The notes beneath the pieces are model-generated. The model had not been told where the DNA came from, made no database searches, and worked only from the letters and a program-made list of their open reading frames with translations. This document shows positions 49,005 to 58,998 of a stretch of DNA of 64,000 nt, one piece after another. Every line of letters starts with the position of its first letter. Within the stretch, counting starts at the first letter, position 1. The DNA is from Roseibacillus sp. (GTDB lineage: Bacteria; Verrucomicrobiota; Verrucomicrobiia; Verrucomicrobiales; Akkermansiaceae). The DNA lies in the NCBI GenBank assembly GCA_051251855.1, contig JBPOGI010000001.1:640001-704000 (forward strand), written 5' to 3'. The position numbers and the translations under genes are program-made.

Positions 49005-49823
49005 CTAAGAGTCGAGACAGTCGGAGCAAATTTCTTCGTCGTCTGAAGCCACGCGGAATTCGCGGTTGGGGTGGGAGTTTTCGGTAGCACCACAGATTTT
49101 ACAGCGATGAAAGCTGGTGACTTGGCCGGCCTTGGTTTTTGACTGAAAAGCGACACGACGTTTTGCGACGGCGCTGCGATTTTTTCCGCTTTTAAGCGCC
49201 ATGGGAACAGCCCACCAGAGATAAGGAAGGAAGGTGAAGAGGACAAAGATGGAGAAGCTCAGGGAGCTGAGGGAGGAGAGGAGAAGGAAAACACCCGAGA
49301 TGACGGCAAGAATCCAGACTTGGACAGGGATAATGAGCATCAAAAGGAAGGTGTGCTTGGGGAATAGGGTGGCGAAGGCGAAGAAGGCGGCAAGGTAGAT
49401 ATACATGCCGCCCTCGGGCTGGGGTCTGAGGCCGGAAAGGGCGAGGATGATGTTGGCGACGACTTGGCCGATGATGACGAGGTAGAAATAGGCAGAGGTT
49501 CGCCAGACACCCCAAGAAGTCTCCAAAGAATCGTTGAATAAGAAAGCGATCATTAAGGCGAAGAATGCGAAGAGAAGGGAGAATACGCTGAAGTTGGTTG
49601 GCGCATCAACAGGAGGGGCCGGAACGGCGAGGAAGAGGAAGGAGACGATCCGCCAGACTTCGCCAGCCAAGATTTTTGACCAATCAAAGACCATGGCGGA
49701 CCCAATATCGGGACGAGCCATGAGCAGGAGAATCATCACAAAGTGGATGATGGCCAAGCCCCTCAGGAGGCTTGGAAAGGCGAGCCAGCGGAGGCGGTTT
49801 TCCAAAGAGTTGACGATTCCCAT
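49005..49823 (-). CDS. Rhomboid-like membrane protein with C-terminal CxxC...CxxC zinc site
   Basis: GEVWRIVSFLF, multiple TM, HRCKICG...EICSDC. Confidence 0.75.
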   Translation of the reverse strand: MGIVNSLENRLRWLAFPSLLRGLAIIHFVMILLLMARPDIGSAMVFDWSKILAGEVWRIVSFLFLAVPAPPVDAPTNFSVFSLLFAFFALMIAFLFNDSLETSWGVWRTSAYFYLVIIGQVVANIILALSGLRPQPEGGMYIYLAAFFAFATLFPKHTFLLMLIIPVQVWILAVISGVFLLLSSLSSLSFSIFVLFTFLPYLWWAVPMALKSGKNRSAVAKRRVAFQSKTKAGQVTSFHRCKICGATENSHPNREFRVASDDEEICSDCLDS

Positions 49824-49952
49824 GTCGAGAAACAATCAATACTCGGATAGTCGGTATTGCCAAGGTTTTGTGGGAATGATTGCCAAGGTGCTTGTCACGA
49901 AGGCAATATGGGGAGCGTTGACAGTTTTGACGAGGAGGGGCAGCTTCCCGCC

Positions 49953-51029
49953 ATGAGTGAATTGAAATTGAGCCCTCTTGATGAGATTCATCGGGAGGCA
50001 GGAGGGCGAATGGTGCCCTTTGCGGGATGGGAGATGCCTGTGATGTATCAGTCGATTTTTGATGAGCATCTGGCGGTGAGAGAGGCGGTAGGTCAGTTTG
50101 ATATTTCGCACATGGGGAAACTTTTTGTGGAGGGGGAAGGTGCTATGGAGTGGTTGAACGGTCTTCTCTCGAACGATGTGGCTAGCTTGGAGGATGGTGA
50201 GGGGCAGTATACTTTTTTGCTAAATGAAGGTGGTGGAGTGATTGATAATTTAATTCTCTATCGTGTCGAGGAGGAGGCTTTTTTCTTGGTAGTGAATGCG
50301 GCCTATCTGGCTGAGGACTTGGCTTGGCTTGGTAAGTATGCGGTAGAGGGAGTGGCGTTGAGAAATGAGAGTGAAAATTTAGCTGGAATAGCGGTGCAAG
50401 GGCCGAGTGCAATCGATGTTTTTTCGCGGGTGTTTGGAGGTCGGACACTTCCTTCGCACAATGGAATTGATGGTCTATCCTTGGATGGACAGAAGGTGTG
50501 GGTTTGTCGGACGGGCTACACGGGGGAGGATGGTTTCGAGTTCTTTTGCTCGGTGGGATCGGCGGAACGCTGGTGGGAGGAGTTTGCTGAGGCGGGTGCC
50601 AAGCCTTGTGGGTTGGGTGCTCGTGATTCTCTTCGGCTTGAGAAGTGTTATCCTTTAAATGGTTTCGATTTGAGTCCAGAGAGGACGCCTTTGGAAGCAG
50701 GCTTGGGCTTCTTTGTGAAGTTGGATAAGCGCGACTTTGTGGGTTCTGGGGCATTAAATGAACAGAAAGAGAAGCAACCTGCAGAGCGGCTGGTGGCAAT
50801 CTTGTGTGATGAGAAAGGAGCTCCACCTCTTCCAAGTAGCGCTGTTCTTGACGAAGATGGTCAAGAAGTGGGGGTTCTGACGAGTGGTGTTTTGTCGCCG
50901 ACGTTGGGAGTAGGAATCGGAATGGCTTATCTCCCGATCGCGAAGGCCACGGTGGGTTGCAAGGTTTTCATTGAAGTGGGTGGAGAAAAGATGTGTGCAA
51001 AAGTCGTGAAAAAACCTTTCGTTGCCTAA
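49953..51029 (+). CDS. gcvT: Glycine cleavage system aminomethyltransferase T
   Basis: FAGWEMPV, FDISHMG, RTGYTGEDGFE, GLGARDSLRLE. Confidence 0.97.
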   Translation: MSELKLSPLDEIHREAGGRMVPFAGWEMPVMYQSIFDEHLAVREAVGQFDISHMGKLFVEGEGAMEWLNGLLSNDVASLEDGEGQYTFLLNEGGGVIDNLILYRVEEEAFFLVVNAAYLAEDLAWLGKYAVEGVALRNESENLAGIAVQGPSAIDVFSRVFGGRTLPSHNGIDGLSLDGQKVWVCRTGYTGEDGFEFFCSVGSAERWWEEFAEAGAKPCGLGARDSLRLEKCYPLNGFDLSPERTPLEAGLGFFVKLDKRDFVGSGALNEQKEKQPAERLVAILCDEKGAPPLPSSAVLDEDGQEVGVLTSGVLSPTLGVGIGMAYLPIAKATVGCKVFIEVGGEKMCAKVVKKPFVA

Positions 51030-51052
51030 GAACTCCATCATAGAAATCTAGT

Positions 51053-51430
51053 ATGGCAATTCCACAGAACTTGAAATACACCGAGGAGCACGACTGGGTG
51101 CGCATGGAAGAAGACATCGCTATTGTGGGTGTGACTGATCATGCACAAGAGGAGCTTTCTGATGTTGTCTTCGTCGAACTTCCAGAAATTGGCCGCGTGA
51201 TTGAAGAGAAGGAAGTCTGTGCTGTTGTTGAATCGGTGAAGGCTGCTAGTGATATTTATGCTCCCGTGAGTGGAGAAGTTATTGAGGTCAACACAACCCT
51301 CGAAGAGGAACCGGGCAACATCAACGAAGACCCTTACGGAGTAGGTTGGCTTTTTAAGGTGAAAGTCACCGACATGGAGATTGTGGAGGGCTTGCTTACT
51401 CCTGACGATTACGAAGAGCATCTAGGCTGA
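51053..51430 (+). CDS. gcvH: Glycine cleavage system H protein
   Basis: YTEEHDW, lipoyl motif VESVKAASD, DPYG.GW. Confidence 0.97.
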   Translation: MAIPQNLKYTEEHDWVRMEEDIAIVGVTDHAQEELSDVVFVELPEIGRVIEEKEVCAVVESVKAASDIYAPVSGEVIEVNTTLEEEPGNINEDPYGVGWLFKVKVTDMEIVEGLLTPDDYEEHLG

Positions 51431-51863
51431 TTTTTTGATGGAACCTCGAGAGTGTTGGGGGGCGAATACGAAGTTGTGATTTAAATGCTCGGGGTTGTTA
51501 TTAGCCCGGTGATTTCGCTGAATCCTCGGCGATTCCTCGCTGATAGCATGTGGGGTGGTTGCTTTATTTCGACTTTAGTTCATGGGATGAATCTTTTCTA
51601 AGTCGTGACCTGTCCTTCCCACCTAGGCGTTTTTGAAGGGGAGATTTGGAAAATTACGATCATTAGCGGCTTGAAGGGGGAGTCGCTGGGAGATGGTCCG
51701 ATTGAGGAAGAGTTTCGATTGAGATGATTCCTCGGATGTATTTTGGGATGATGGACGAGCAGGGCAATGCTTCATGGTGAATGCCGCTTGGTTCGTAACC
51801 GCGAAGGGATGGATGCCTGTGCGGAGGATTGATTTCTCAGGCGTTAGCGAGTGAGATGGTGCC

Positions 51864-52364
51864 ATGAACGACGAGAAGTGCCCAGTGGACTGGGAAACGT
51901 GGGAGCCGGGGATGCGAGCGACACTGATGTTTATTCGCGTGGGCGATGAAGTGTTGCTGATTGAGAAACAACGTGGAATTGGAGCTGGAAAGGTCAACGG
52001 GCCGGGGGGCAAGATTGACCCAGGTGAGACTCCGCTGGAGTGCGCCATTCGTGAGACGCAAGAGGAACTCTGTGTGACGGCGACAGGAGTGAAAAAGATG
52101 GGGGAGCTGTTTTTTGCGATGTCGGATATGCCCGATATTCATTGCCACGTTTTTGTGGCTGATGGCTATGAAGGGACCCCTACTTCGACACCAGAAGCGA
52201 TTCCACTGTGGACGCGTGTGGATGAGATTCCTTACGAGCGGATGTGGGATGATGACCGCTATTGGTTGGGCGAAATGTTAGAGGGACAAACGTTTCGAGG
52301 ACGGTTCGTGTTCGACGAAGAGACCATTCTCTGGCGCGAGGTTATTTTCGACGTGGAGTGGTAG
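51864..52364 (+). CDS. NUDIX hydrolase, 8-oxo-dGTP diphosphatase (NUDT1-like)
   Basis: KQRGIGAGKVNGPGGK..GET..ECAIRE..EEL; IPYERMW.DD..W. Confidence 0.9.
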   Translation: MNDEKCPVDWETWEPGMRATLMFIRVGDEVLLIEKQRGIGAGKVNGPGGKIDPGETPLECAIRETQEELCVTATGVKKMGELFFAMSDMPDIHCHVFVADGYEGTPTSTPEAIPLWTRVDEIPYERMWDDDRYWLGEMLEGQTFRGRFVFDEETILWREVIFDVEW

Positions 52365-52390
52365 TTCTCTCTTTGAAAAAAGAAAAACCC

Positions 52391-52598
52391 GCCCTGCGAC
52401 AAGCGCAAAAGCGAGTTAATCAAGCCCTCCATGGCCACTAGGCCGCGATAAGCTGCGTTCCGAAGACTCAACAGGTTGGGGACTCCGGGGACCGCGTCAG
52501 CCCTCCTAAAAAGGCGCGACATTCACATCCCGCGGGGCTGCCCCCATTATTTTAAATATCGGTCCGAGCTCGCTGCCTTAGTAGCGACCACAGGAGAC
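52391..52598 (-). ncRNA. ssrS: Probable 6S RNA
   Basis: About 208-nt non-coding segment; 5' CCTGTGG..GCGAG pairs with 3' CTCGC..TCGCAGG; central A-rich bubble GATATTTAAAATAATGGGG..CCCCAACC; U-tract end and upstream promoter. Confidence 0.7.
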
Positions 52599-52604
52599 GT
52601 TGAA

Positions 52605-52632
52605 AGAGTAGTCGAGTATACGTTTGGCGCAA
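52605..52632 (-). promoter_or_regulatory. Candidate sigma70 promoter for the ncRNA
   Basis: TTGCGC-N16-TACTCT, 6 nt before the predicted 5' end. Confidence 0.55.
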
Positions 52633-52860
52633 TGGGATTTTGGAGAAAAGGAAGTATGAGTGGGTGGGATCGCGGTTATAATATTGAGGTGGTTTTTGGA
52701 GGCTAGAACGGAAGGTGTTTTCAGTCGGGGAGGGTCACTTGAAGACCATGCTTGGGCGACGGGTAAGACGCGATTTGCCGTTGCTTAATTCTGAACTGTT
52801 TGAATTACCTTTATATTTCAGGTGACTTTATTTTAAATTTAGATAAAGTGATATTGTTCC

Positions 52861-53412
52861 ATGACTCGTGATTCTGAAGAAAGTAGTGAGAAGGCTCGGA
52901 AAAAATGGGTGCCGATGATGACGGTGGTCATCATTGGGCTTCATGGGGTGGTGTTCTTTCTTCTCGCTCAGTGTGGAGTGAGTGGGCCGAGTTATCGAAA
53001 TGAGGTCTCCTATATTCGTCTTCCGAAAGCGAGTGAGCAGAAGGTTTCTTTTGAATTCAAGGAGCCGCCCGAGCGCATGTTCTACCAATTTGCGAGTATG
53101 CCCGTCTGGGATGACGATAAGGAGCCAGTGCCGATGATGGGGGCTCGTTGGCGCGGATACGAGACTTTGGTTGCCTTGAAGGCGGAAGGCTACTCTCCGA
53201 TAGAGAATTACCGGTTGACGATGGAGTTCAAAAGGGAGTTAAGAAAGTTGCCGCTGGCCTTGCCTCGGGCTCGTTTCGTTGATTACCGGCCGTTTCAAAC
53301 AGTGGTGATTGGCGGGGTGCCACTGCAGCCCGTTTCTCCGGTTCCTGAGCCGAGTGCGTTCTTGTTGTTTGGGGTCGCGGTGCTGAGTTTCTCTTTGCGC
53401 AGGGGTCGCTAA
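52861..53412 (+). CDS. PEP-CTERM sorting-domain protein
   Basis: C-terminal VPEPS + hydrophobic stretch + RRGR. Confidence 0.85.
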   Translation: MTRDSEESSEKARKKWVPMMTVVIIGLHGVVFFLLAQCGVSGPSYRNEVSYIRLPKASEQKVSFEFKEPPERMFYQFASMPVWDDDKEPVPMMGARWRGYETLVALKAEGYSPIENYRLTMEFKRELRKLPLALPRARFVDYRPFQTVVIGGVPLQPVSPVPEPSAFLLFGVAVLSFSLRRGR

Positions 53413-54164
53413 GGGGTGGCAACCGGTTGGATGAGTTTGTCGACGAAGCGGATGCTGACATTGTAGCCTGTGTGCTCTTGTCCGGGTCCGAGCAGAATGG
53501 AGCCCTTCGTATTTCGCCAGAGGTGGGAGGCGAGCATCAGGCCGTTCTCAAGGTCGTCCTGCTTGGGGTAAGAGTTTCCTGAGAGAGGTTTTCCGTAGAG
53601 TTTCTCCAAGGTTGCGACGGTTTCGCTCCAAGTGGAGCGAAGTTTACCGTTGTACTGCGAGCTGTCGACGCCCTTGGTGCGTATTGTGATCTCGTGAAGG
53701 TTGCCGGACTCGTTCCAATCGAAATAGAGGAAGCAAGGAAGGCCCCCCAAGGGGATTGCTGTTTCAAAGATGCCGTTGAGTCCGGTTCTGCCAAAAAGGG
53801 TCTCGTCAACTTTAGTGGTGACTAGGGTGGAGTTTACGAGCTTCTCTTCGACCTCTTCTCGGCTATCACCAAAGTTTAGAGGGCCGAAGGCATCGCCGGC
53901 TGGTTCTGGCTCTCGCTTGGCTCCGCCTAGGGGGTGATTCTGGTTGAGGTGGTTCTTGCTGGCGGTGTGGAGCTCATCGATTTTTACGGTGACCGCGCTG
54001 CCGTTTGTTTTTCTGATGACGACGCTTGTCTCATCCCGTGAGACGAACTCGGCAAGGATAGATCTTTCGCCGTCTTTTGCTTTCCATTCGTAAGGTTCGG
54101 CTCTCAGAGGCGAAAGCGATAGGCAAAGGGTGAGGGCGCTGAGAGTGCTAAGATATATTTTCAC
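53409..54164 (-). CDS. Secreted SHD1 (SLA1 homology domain 1)-like protein
   Basis: Signal peptide then W..KDG.RSI.AEFV......V.IRK.NG......IDEL. Confidence 0.75.
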   Translation of the reverse strand: MKIYLSTLSALTLCLSLSPLRAEPYEWKAKDGERSILAEFVSRDETSVVIRKTNGSAVTVKIDELHTASKNHLNQNHPLGGAKREPEPAGDAFGPLNFGDSREEVEEKLVNSTLVTTKVDETLFGRTGLNGIFETAIPLGGLPCFLYFDWNESGNLHEITIRTKGVDSSQYNGKLRSTWSETVATLEKLYGKPLSGNSYPKQDDLENGLMLASHLWRNTKGSILLGPGQEHTGYNVSIRFVDKLIQPVATP

Positions 54165-54218
54165 TTAGTTAAAACGTTGTGAGGCGCAAAAATGTTCGCG
54201 AAATTTACGCGAAAATAG

Positions 54219-54253
54219 AAAAAACCCGGAGGTGCGAGACCATCCGGGTTTTT
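54219..54253 (-). terminator. Intrinsic terminator (bidirectional-looking)
   Basis: AAAAAACCCGGA...TCCGGGTTTTT. Confidence 0.85.
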
Positions 54254-54274
54254 GAAAGAGGGGTGTAAGAGGGA

Positions 54275-54703
54275 CTACCAAGTCTGGGTCCGGGTGTGGC
54301 CAAAGTAGCCTTCGAAGCCGAGCTCAGGTGGAAACTCAGAGAGTCCTTCGCTTGGGTTCATTTCGATGCGCCAATCGGAACCGCACTTAGAATAAGGAGG
54401 TTTGAAGGTGCCTTTGTAGGTAGGGCAGTGAAAAGTGAAGAGTTCGTAGAAGCCGTAACCCATGCGCTTAAACATGCGCTGGGTTCCGTTAACGAGTCCA
54501 TAAGACCAGCCAGCCTTGTGTCCGCCGACATCAGTTTGGCGAGAGATTTGCTCCGGGATTTCCATTACGCCATAGAGGATGTTGGAAATGGCCCGACCAA
54601 GCTTACGGGAAGAGTTATACTGGGCTCCCGGAGGGGCTTGAATGTCGCCATAAGCTACGCCGCCAAGGCATAGGAACGCTGCTGCTAGAATCAATTTTTT
54701 CAT
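54275..54703 (-). CDS. Exosortase-system-associated protein, TIGR04073-like
   Basis: Signal peptide from MKKLIL; RKLGRAISNILYG..EIP and G.YELFTF motifs. Confidence 0.8.
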   Translation of the reverse strand: MKKLILAAAFLCLGGVAYGDIQAPPGAQYNSSRKLGRAISNILYGVMEIPEQISRQTDVGGHKAGWSYGLVNGTQRMFKRMGYGFYELFTFHCPTYKGTFKPPYSKCGSDWRIEMNPSEGLSEFPPELGFEGYFGHTRTQTW

Positions 54704-54769
54704 CGCTGGGGTGATTGTGAAGGAGTGTGAAGGAGGTGACAATGAAAAATTGCCCCGTTTGTTTCATAA

Positions 54770-56371
54770 TTATAAACTAACACCGGTGGCGAGCGTCACT
54801 CCTGGAATCGAGCGGACTTGGTCCATGGTGTCGGTTGAGAGAGGATCGTCCACTTCGATGACGGTAAGGGCGTTGCCATCGGTCTTGTTGCGGGCAAGGG
54901 AAAGGTTGGCGATATTAGCCTGAGCGTTGCCAAGCAGGGTGCCTACGGCGCCGACGATACCGGGTCTGTCATCATTGCGCACGATCAAGAAATGACCTTG
55001 GATATTGGTGTCGACGTAGAGTTTGTCAATTTCGACAATACGGGGAGAGCAACCGATGAGGCTGCCAGCGAGTCGGAAACGCTCATCGCCTTTGCGAAGC
55101 TCGATGATGAGGAGTTCGCTGTATTCAGTTTTGGCGTTGATGGTGGATTCGACAAGCTCGAGACCCATTTGGGCGGCGATACCGGGGGCGTTGACGATGT
55201 TCACTTGGCCGTCGCAGCGGGAGGCTTCGAGGAAGGCCATGAGGGCGGTCCGAGAAACGAGCGAAGTGTCCTTTTTGGCCAATGGTCCGTGATAGGAGAC
55301 TCGAAGGGAGTCTGGGTTCGAAGGTCCCAGTTTTGCGATTAGCTTGCCAAGTGAGGTGGAAAGATCGAGATAGGGCCCGATGGCTTCGCGGGCGGCAGCG
55401 TCAAGCGAAGGCATATTAATGGCGTTACGAATCTCACCCGTGGCGAGAAAGTCGCGGACTTGCTCGGCGACCTGGATGCCCACATTTTCCTGAGCTTCGG
55501 CAGTGGAGGCTCCGAGGTGAGGGGTGAAAGCGACGAACTTGTTGAGAGAAAGAAGAGGGTGGTCGGCGGCAGGAGGCTCGCTTTCAAAAACGTCGAGCGC
55601 GCAACCGGCGATGTGTCCGGAGTCGATGGCGGCTTTGAGAGCGGTCTCGTCGATGAGGCCTCCGCGGGCGCAGTTCACTACAAGGGCGCCCTTGTTCATG
55701 AGAGCGAGACGCTCGGCGTTGATGATTCCCTTGGTGCCGTCGTTCAAAGGAACGTGAAGGGTGACCACGTCGGCACCAGTGAGGGCGGCATCGGGAGTGT
55801 CGGCGAGCTCGACTTTGAGCTCGTCAGCGCGGCTCTGAGTCAGGAAGGGGTCAAAGGCGGTTACTTTCATGTTAAAGGCCTGCGCGCGCTTGACGAATTC
55901 GGTGCCGATTCGGCCCATCCCGATGACGGCGAGGCGCTTACCATCCATCTCGATACCTTGGTTCGCTTTTCGGCCTGCTGCGAATTCACCGGCAAGAACG
56001 GAAGCGTGCCCGGGGGCGATGTTGCGGGCAGCAGAGAGCATGAGCGTGAAAGCGTGCTCTGCGGTTGAGATTGTATTGCCGGTGGGCGTGTTCATGACGA
56101 TCACCCCGCTTTGGTTGGCGGCATCCTTGTCAATGTTGTCGACGCCAACTCCAGCTCGGCCGATGACCTTGAGGCTTTTTGCCGCTGCGAGGACTTCAGG
56201 AGTGACCTTCGTCTGGGAGCGAACAACAAGACCCTCGTAGTCGCCAATGATGGCGATCAGTTCTTCGGGAGAGAGTCCGATATTGAAGTCTGCTTCGATA
56301 TCGGGGTGAGCATTGAGCAATTCAACGCCTTTTTCTGAGATAGGGTCGGATACAAGAACTCGGTGAGCCAT
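54770..56371 (-). CDS. serA: D-3-phosphoglycerate dehydrogenase
   Basis: GRAGVGVDNID, GMGRIG, NCARGG, TPHLGAST, C-terminal ACT domain (NDDRPGIVG). Confidence 0.97.
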   Translation of the reverse strand: MAHRVLVSDPISEKGVELLNAHPDIEADFNIGLSPEELIAIIGDYEGLVVRSQTKVTPEVLAAAKSLKVIGRAGVGVDNIDKDAANQSGVIVMNTPTGNTISTAEHAFTLMLSAARNIAPGHASVLAGEFAAGRKANQGIEMDGKRLAVIGMGRIGTEFVKRAQAFNMKVTAFDPFLTQSRADELKVELADTPDAALTGADVVTLHVPLNDGTKGIINAERLALMNKGALVVNCARGGLIDETALKAAIDSGHIAGCALDVFESEPPAADHPLLSLNKFVAFTPHLGASTAEAQENVGIQVAEQVRDFLATGEIRNAINMPSLDAAAREAIGPYLDLSTSLGKLIAKLGPSNPDSLRVSYHGPLAKKDTSLVSRTALMAFLEASRCDGQVNIVNAPGIAAQMGLELVESTINAKTEYSELLIIELRKGDERFRLAGSLIGCSPRIVEIDKLYVDTNIQGHFLIVRNDDRPGIVGAVGTLLGNAQANIANLSLARNKTDGNALTVIEVDDPLSTDTMDQVRSIPGVTLATGVSL

Positions 56372-56512
56372 GCCGAGGCCTTAATCCACTCACGCTTTAA
56401 GCGCAAGAGCGAGATTTGGCTGTCGCGGCCTCTTTTTCCTGAAAAATCATGCCAAGACCATTCTCGCTTTGACGGTCATTGATCTTGACGAAAGTGCACT
56501 CGCCAAGTCCTG

Positions 56513-58873
56513 ATGGCGGGGATGACAGTGGGACTTAATCAAAGCCGAAGCAAACGAGCATGGGGCATGGGGTGGATATGTATGCTTGCAGTGCTTGCGA
56601 TGACCTTTACTCCGAAGGCGTTGGCGCAAGATTTTCTAGAGGAGGCGAACGTTAAGGTTCAGCAAGTTGTCTTCCGATACAACGGACCCAAGTCCGTGGC
56701 CGAGTCTCGCTTGCGGAGCTTCACTACTACGAAGGTAGGCCAAAATTTTGATGCTGGAGTGGTCGATGAGGATGTGAAGCGTCTCTATGAAAGCGGACTG
56801 GTGCAGGACGTTCAGGTTTTGGGCGAAGAAGTGGGTGGTGGCGTGAAAGTAATTTTTGAAGTCACGACACGGGGTGCTTTTGATACCGTGGGGTTCGAGG
56901 GAAACACTGTATTTTCTGATCGTAAACTTGCGAAAGAGGTGAAGCTGACCGCTGGGGAAATTTTGAGTGATACTAAGATCCTCTCGGCTCGCCGGAACAT
57001 TCAGGAATACTACCGCGGATATGGCTATCCCGATGTTACCGTGACTCATCGCCTGCAAGATGAAGGTGATGGAGTCACAGCTCTGATTTTCCTTGTGAAT
57101 GAGGGTGTGAAGAGCGAGGTGCGGAAGATTCTTTTCGAGGGCAATACCGCTTTTGCTGATGTTGAGTTGCGTCGTGAGATGGAGACAAAACAGAAAGGAA
57201 TTTTCTCATTCATCACGAAGTCAGGTCGTATCGACAATCAGCAACTCCAGCGTGATTTAGAGGGCGTTCGTGAATTCTACCAGAATAACGGCTATCTACG
57301 GGCTGAGGTGACGAGCGCTGACCGTGTGCCGGTGCGCGATGGGCGAGTAGACCTCGTGATTAACGTCAATGAGGGAGGTAAGTATAACGTTAATCAGATT
57401 CAATTTGGGCCTATGACTGTCTTCAAACCCGAGGAACTGACGCCGGCGCTGAGTTTGATTTCTGGCGCTCCTTACTCGGCTAAGAAGGTGAACGATGACC
57501 GTCGTGCAATTCGCAGCTACTATGGTTCTCGTGGTTATGCGGATGCAAATGTTTCGGCCGAGGTGAAGGATTCGGGTGCGGGATTGGTCAATGTGGCTTA
57601 TCGCGTCAAGGAAGGGAAACGCTTTAAAGTCGGTCGGGTCAATATCTCAGGTAACGATAAGACGAAGGATCGGGTAATCCGACAGGAAGTCCCGATGAAG
57701 CCAGGAGAATTTTTTAACTCAGTTGAAGTCGAGACAACGCAGAAGCGATTGCAGAACTTGCGTTACTTTCAAGGAGTTCAGGTTACCGGTGATAGTAGTT
57801 CTCGTGCCGGTTATCGTGATCTCAATATTGCGGTGCAAGAGGGGAAGACTGGCGAAGTTAACTTTGGAGCAGGATTCAGTTCGATTGACAGCATTGTGGG
57901 TTATATCAATTTGGAGCAGCGCAACTTTGATATCCGCAACCCATGGCGATTCACGGGTGGTGGACAGCGCTTTTCAGCTCAATTGAAGTTGGGTAGCGAG
58001 CGCCAAGATTTTAAAGTCTCATTAACTGAGCCATGGTTTCTTGGGAGAAGGCTTTCACTGGGGGGAGAGCTTTACTACCAGAACCGCTTTTTCTTAAGTC
58101 CGGAGTATGATCAGCAAAATATCGGGGGAGCAATCTTCCTTCGAAAGGCTGTTGGGCGCCGTTCTTATATTCGCGGTGAGTATCGTTTGGAACAGATTAG
58201 TATCGAGGCTGAAGGCGATACTTCACAGGCCTTCAAAGATGAAGAGGGTGACTATGTGCGCAGCGCGTTGGGACTCTCCTATGTTTACGATAGTCGAGAT
58301 AGCATCGTCATGCCCCGCAAAGGGCACAAGGCGACCCTTGGTTTGACTCTTGGACTGGGTGGGGATGTCGATACCTATACTTTTGAGGCGTCTGGTTCCA
58401 AGCATTGGAGCTTGCCTCTCGACCTGATTTTTAATCTCAGTGGTTCGATTGCGACTGTCGATTCCTACGGTGATGGAGACGTCCCCATCTTCGACCGGCT
58501 CTTCCTTGGTGGGCAGCGTGACTTGCGTGGCTTCGACTATCGTGATTTGGGTCAACGTGATTCCGTCGGTGGCGATGCGACTCAGGAAGCATTGGGAGGA
58601 AAAACTTCTGCTTATGTTTCGACTGAGGTGACTTTCCCCATATTTGAGCGTGTTCGCGGAGCGGCCTTTTTCGATGCTGGTTTTGTCAGTGAAGAATCAT
58701 GGGACTTTGCCCCAGAAGATCTCTACGCTGATGCTGGACTTGGTCTTCGACTTGATATCCCTGGTGTCGGTCCACTGGCACTCGATTACGCTATTCCTGT
58801 TATGGTACCTGATACTGACGACGAGGCGGACCAAGGCGGTCAGTTCAATTTCTACATCAACTACCAATACTAG
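56513..58873 (+). CDS. bamA: Outer-membrane protein assembly factor BamA
   Basis: Five POTRA-like repeats, GAGFSSID, LGG..DLRGF, C-terminal FNFYINYQY. Confidence 0.96.
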   Translation: MAGMTVGLNQSRSKRAWGMGWICMLAVLAMTFTPKALAQDFLEEANVKVQQVVFRYNGPKSVAESRLRSFTTTKVGQNFDAGVVDEDVKRLYESGLVQDVQVLGEEVGGGVKVIFEVTTRGAFDTVGFEGNTVFSDRKLAKEVKLTAGEILSDTKILSARRNIQEYYRGYGYPDVTVTHRLQDEGDGVTALIFLVNEGVKSEVRKILFEGNTAFADVELRREMETKQKGIFSFITKSGRIDNQQLQRDLEGVREFYQNNGYLRAEVTSADRVPVRDGRVDLVINVNEGGKYNVNQIQFGPMTVFKPEELTPALSLISGAPYSAKKVNDDRRAIRSYYGSRGYADANVSAEVKDSGAGLVNVAYRVKEGKRFKVGRVNISGNDKTKDRVIRQEVPMKPGEFFNSVEVETTQKRLQNLRYFQGVQVTGDSSSRAGYRDLNIAVQEGKTGEVNFGAGFSSIDSIVGYINLEQRNFDIRNPWRFTGGGQRFSAQLKLGSERQDFKVSLTEPWFLGRRLSLGGELYYQNRFFLSPEYDQQNIGGAIFLRKAVGRRSYIRGEYRLEQISIEAEGDTSQAFKDEEGDYVRSALGLSYVYDSRDSIVMPRKGHKATLGLTLGLGGDVDTYTFEASGSKHWSLPLDLIFNLSGSIATVDSYGDGDVPIFDRLFLGGQRDLRGFDYRDLGQRDSVGGDATQEALGGKTSAYVSTEVTFPIFERVRGAAFFDAGFVSEESWDFAPEDLYADAGLGLRLDIPGVGPLALDYAIPVMVPDTDDEADQGGQFNFYINYQY

Positions 58874-58998
58874 GTTTCTCGAATCAGTTCGGCTGAACTC
58901 CTTTGTATGAAGGGGGCTCTTTCGTTCATTAACTCTCCACACCCTTTCTCGACAAAAGAACGAAGTTGGAACTTCGCTCATGTCACTCAAACTTTGGT

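Noticed and set aside
49836..49952. Glycine riboswitch upstream of gcvT
   Set aside because: The region is short and lacks the GGAGA/CCGAAG/CTCAGG aptamer motifs.
51431..51863. 430-bp gap with a possible 50-aa minus-strand ORF (51623-51775) or ncRNA
   Set aside because: No recognisable motif, SD or stable structure; cannot be supported by eye.
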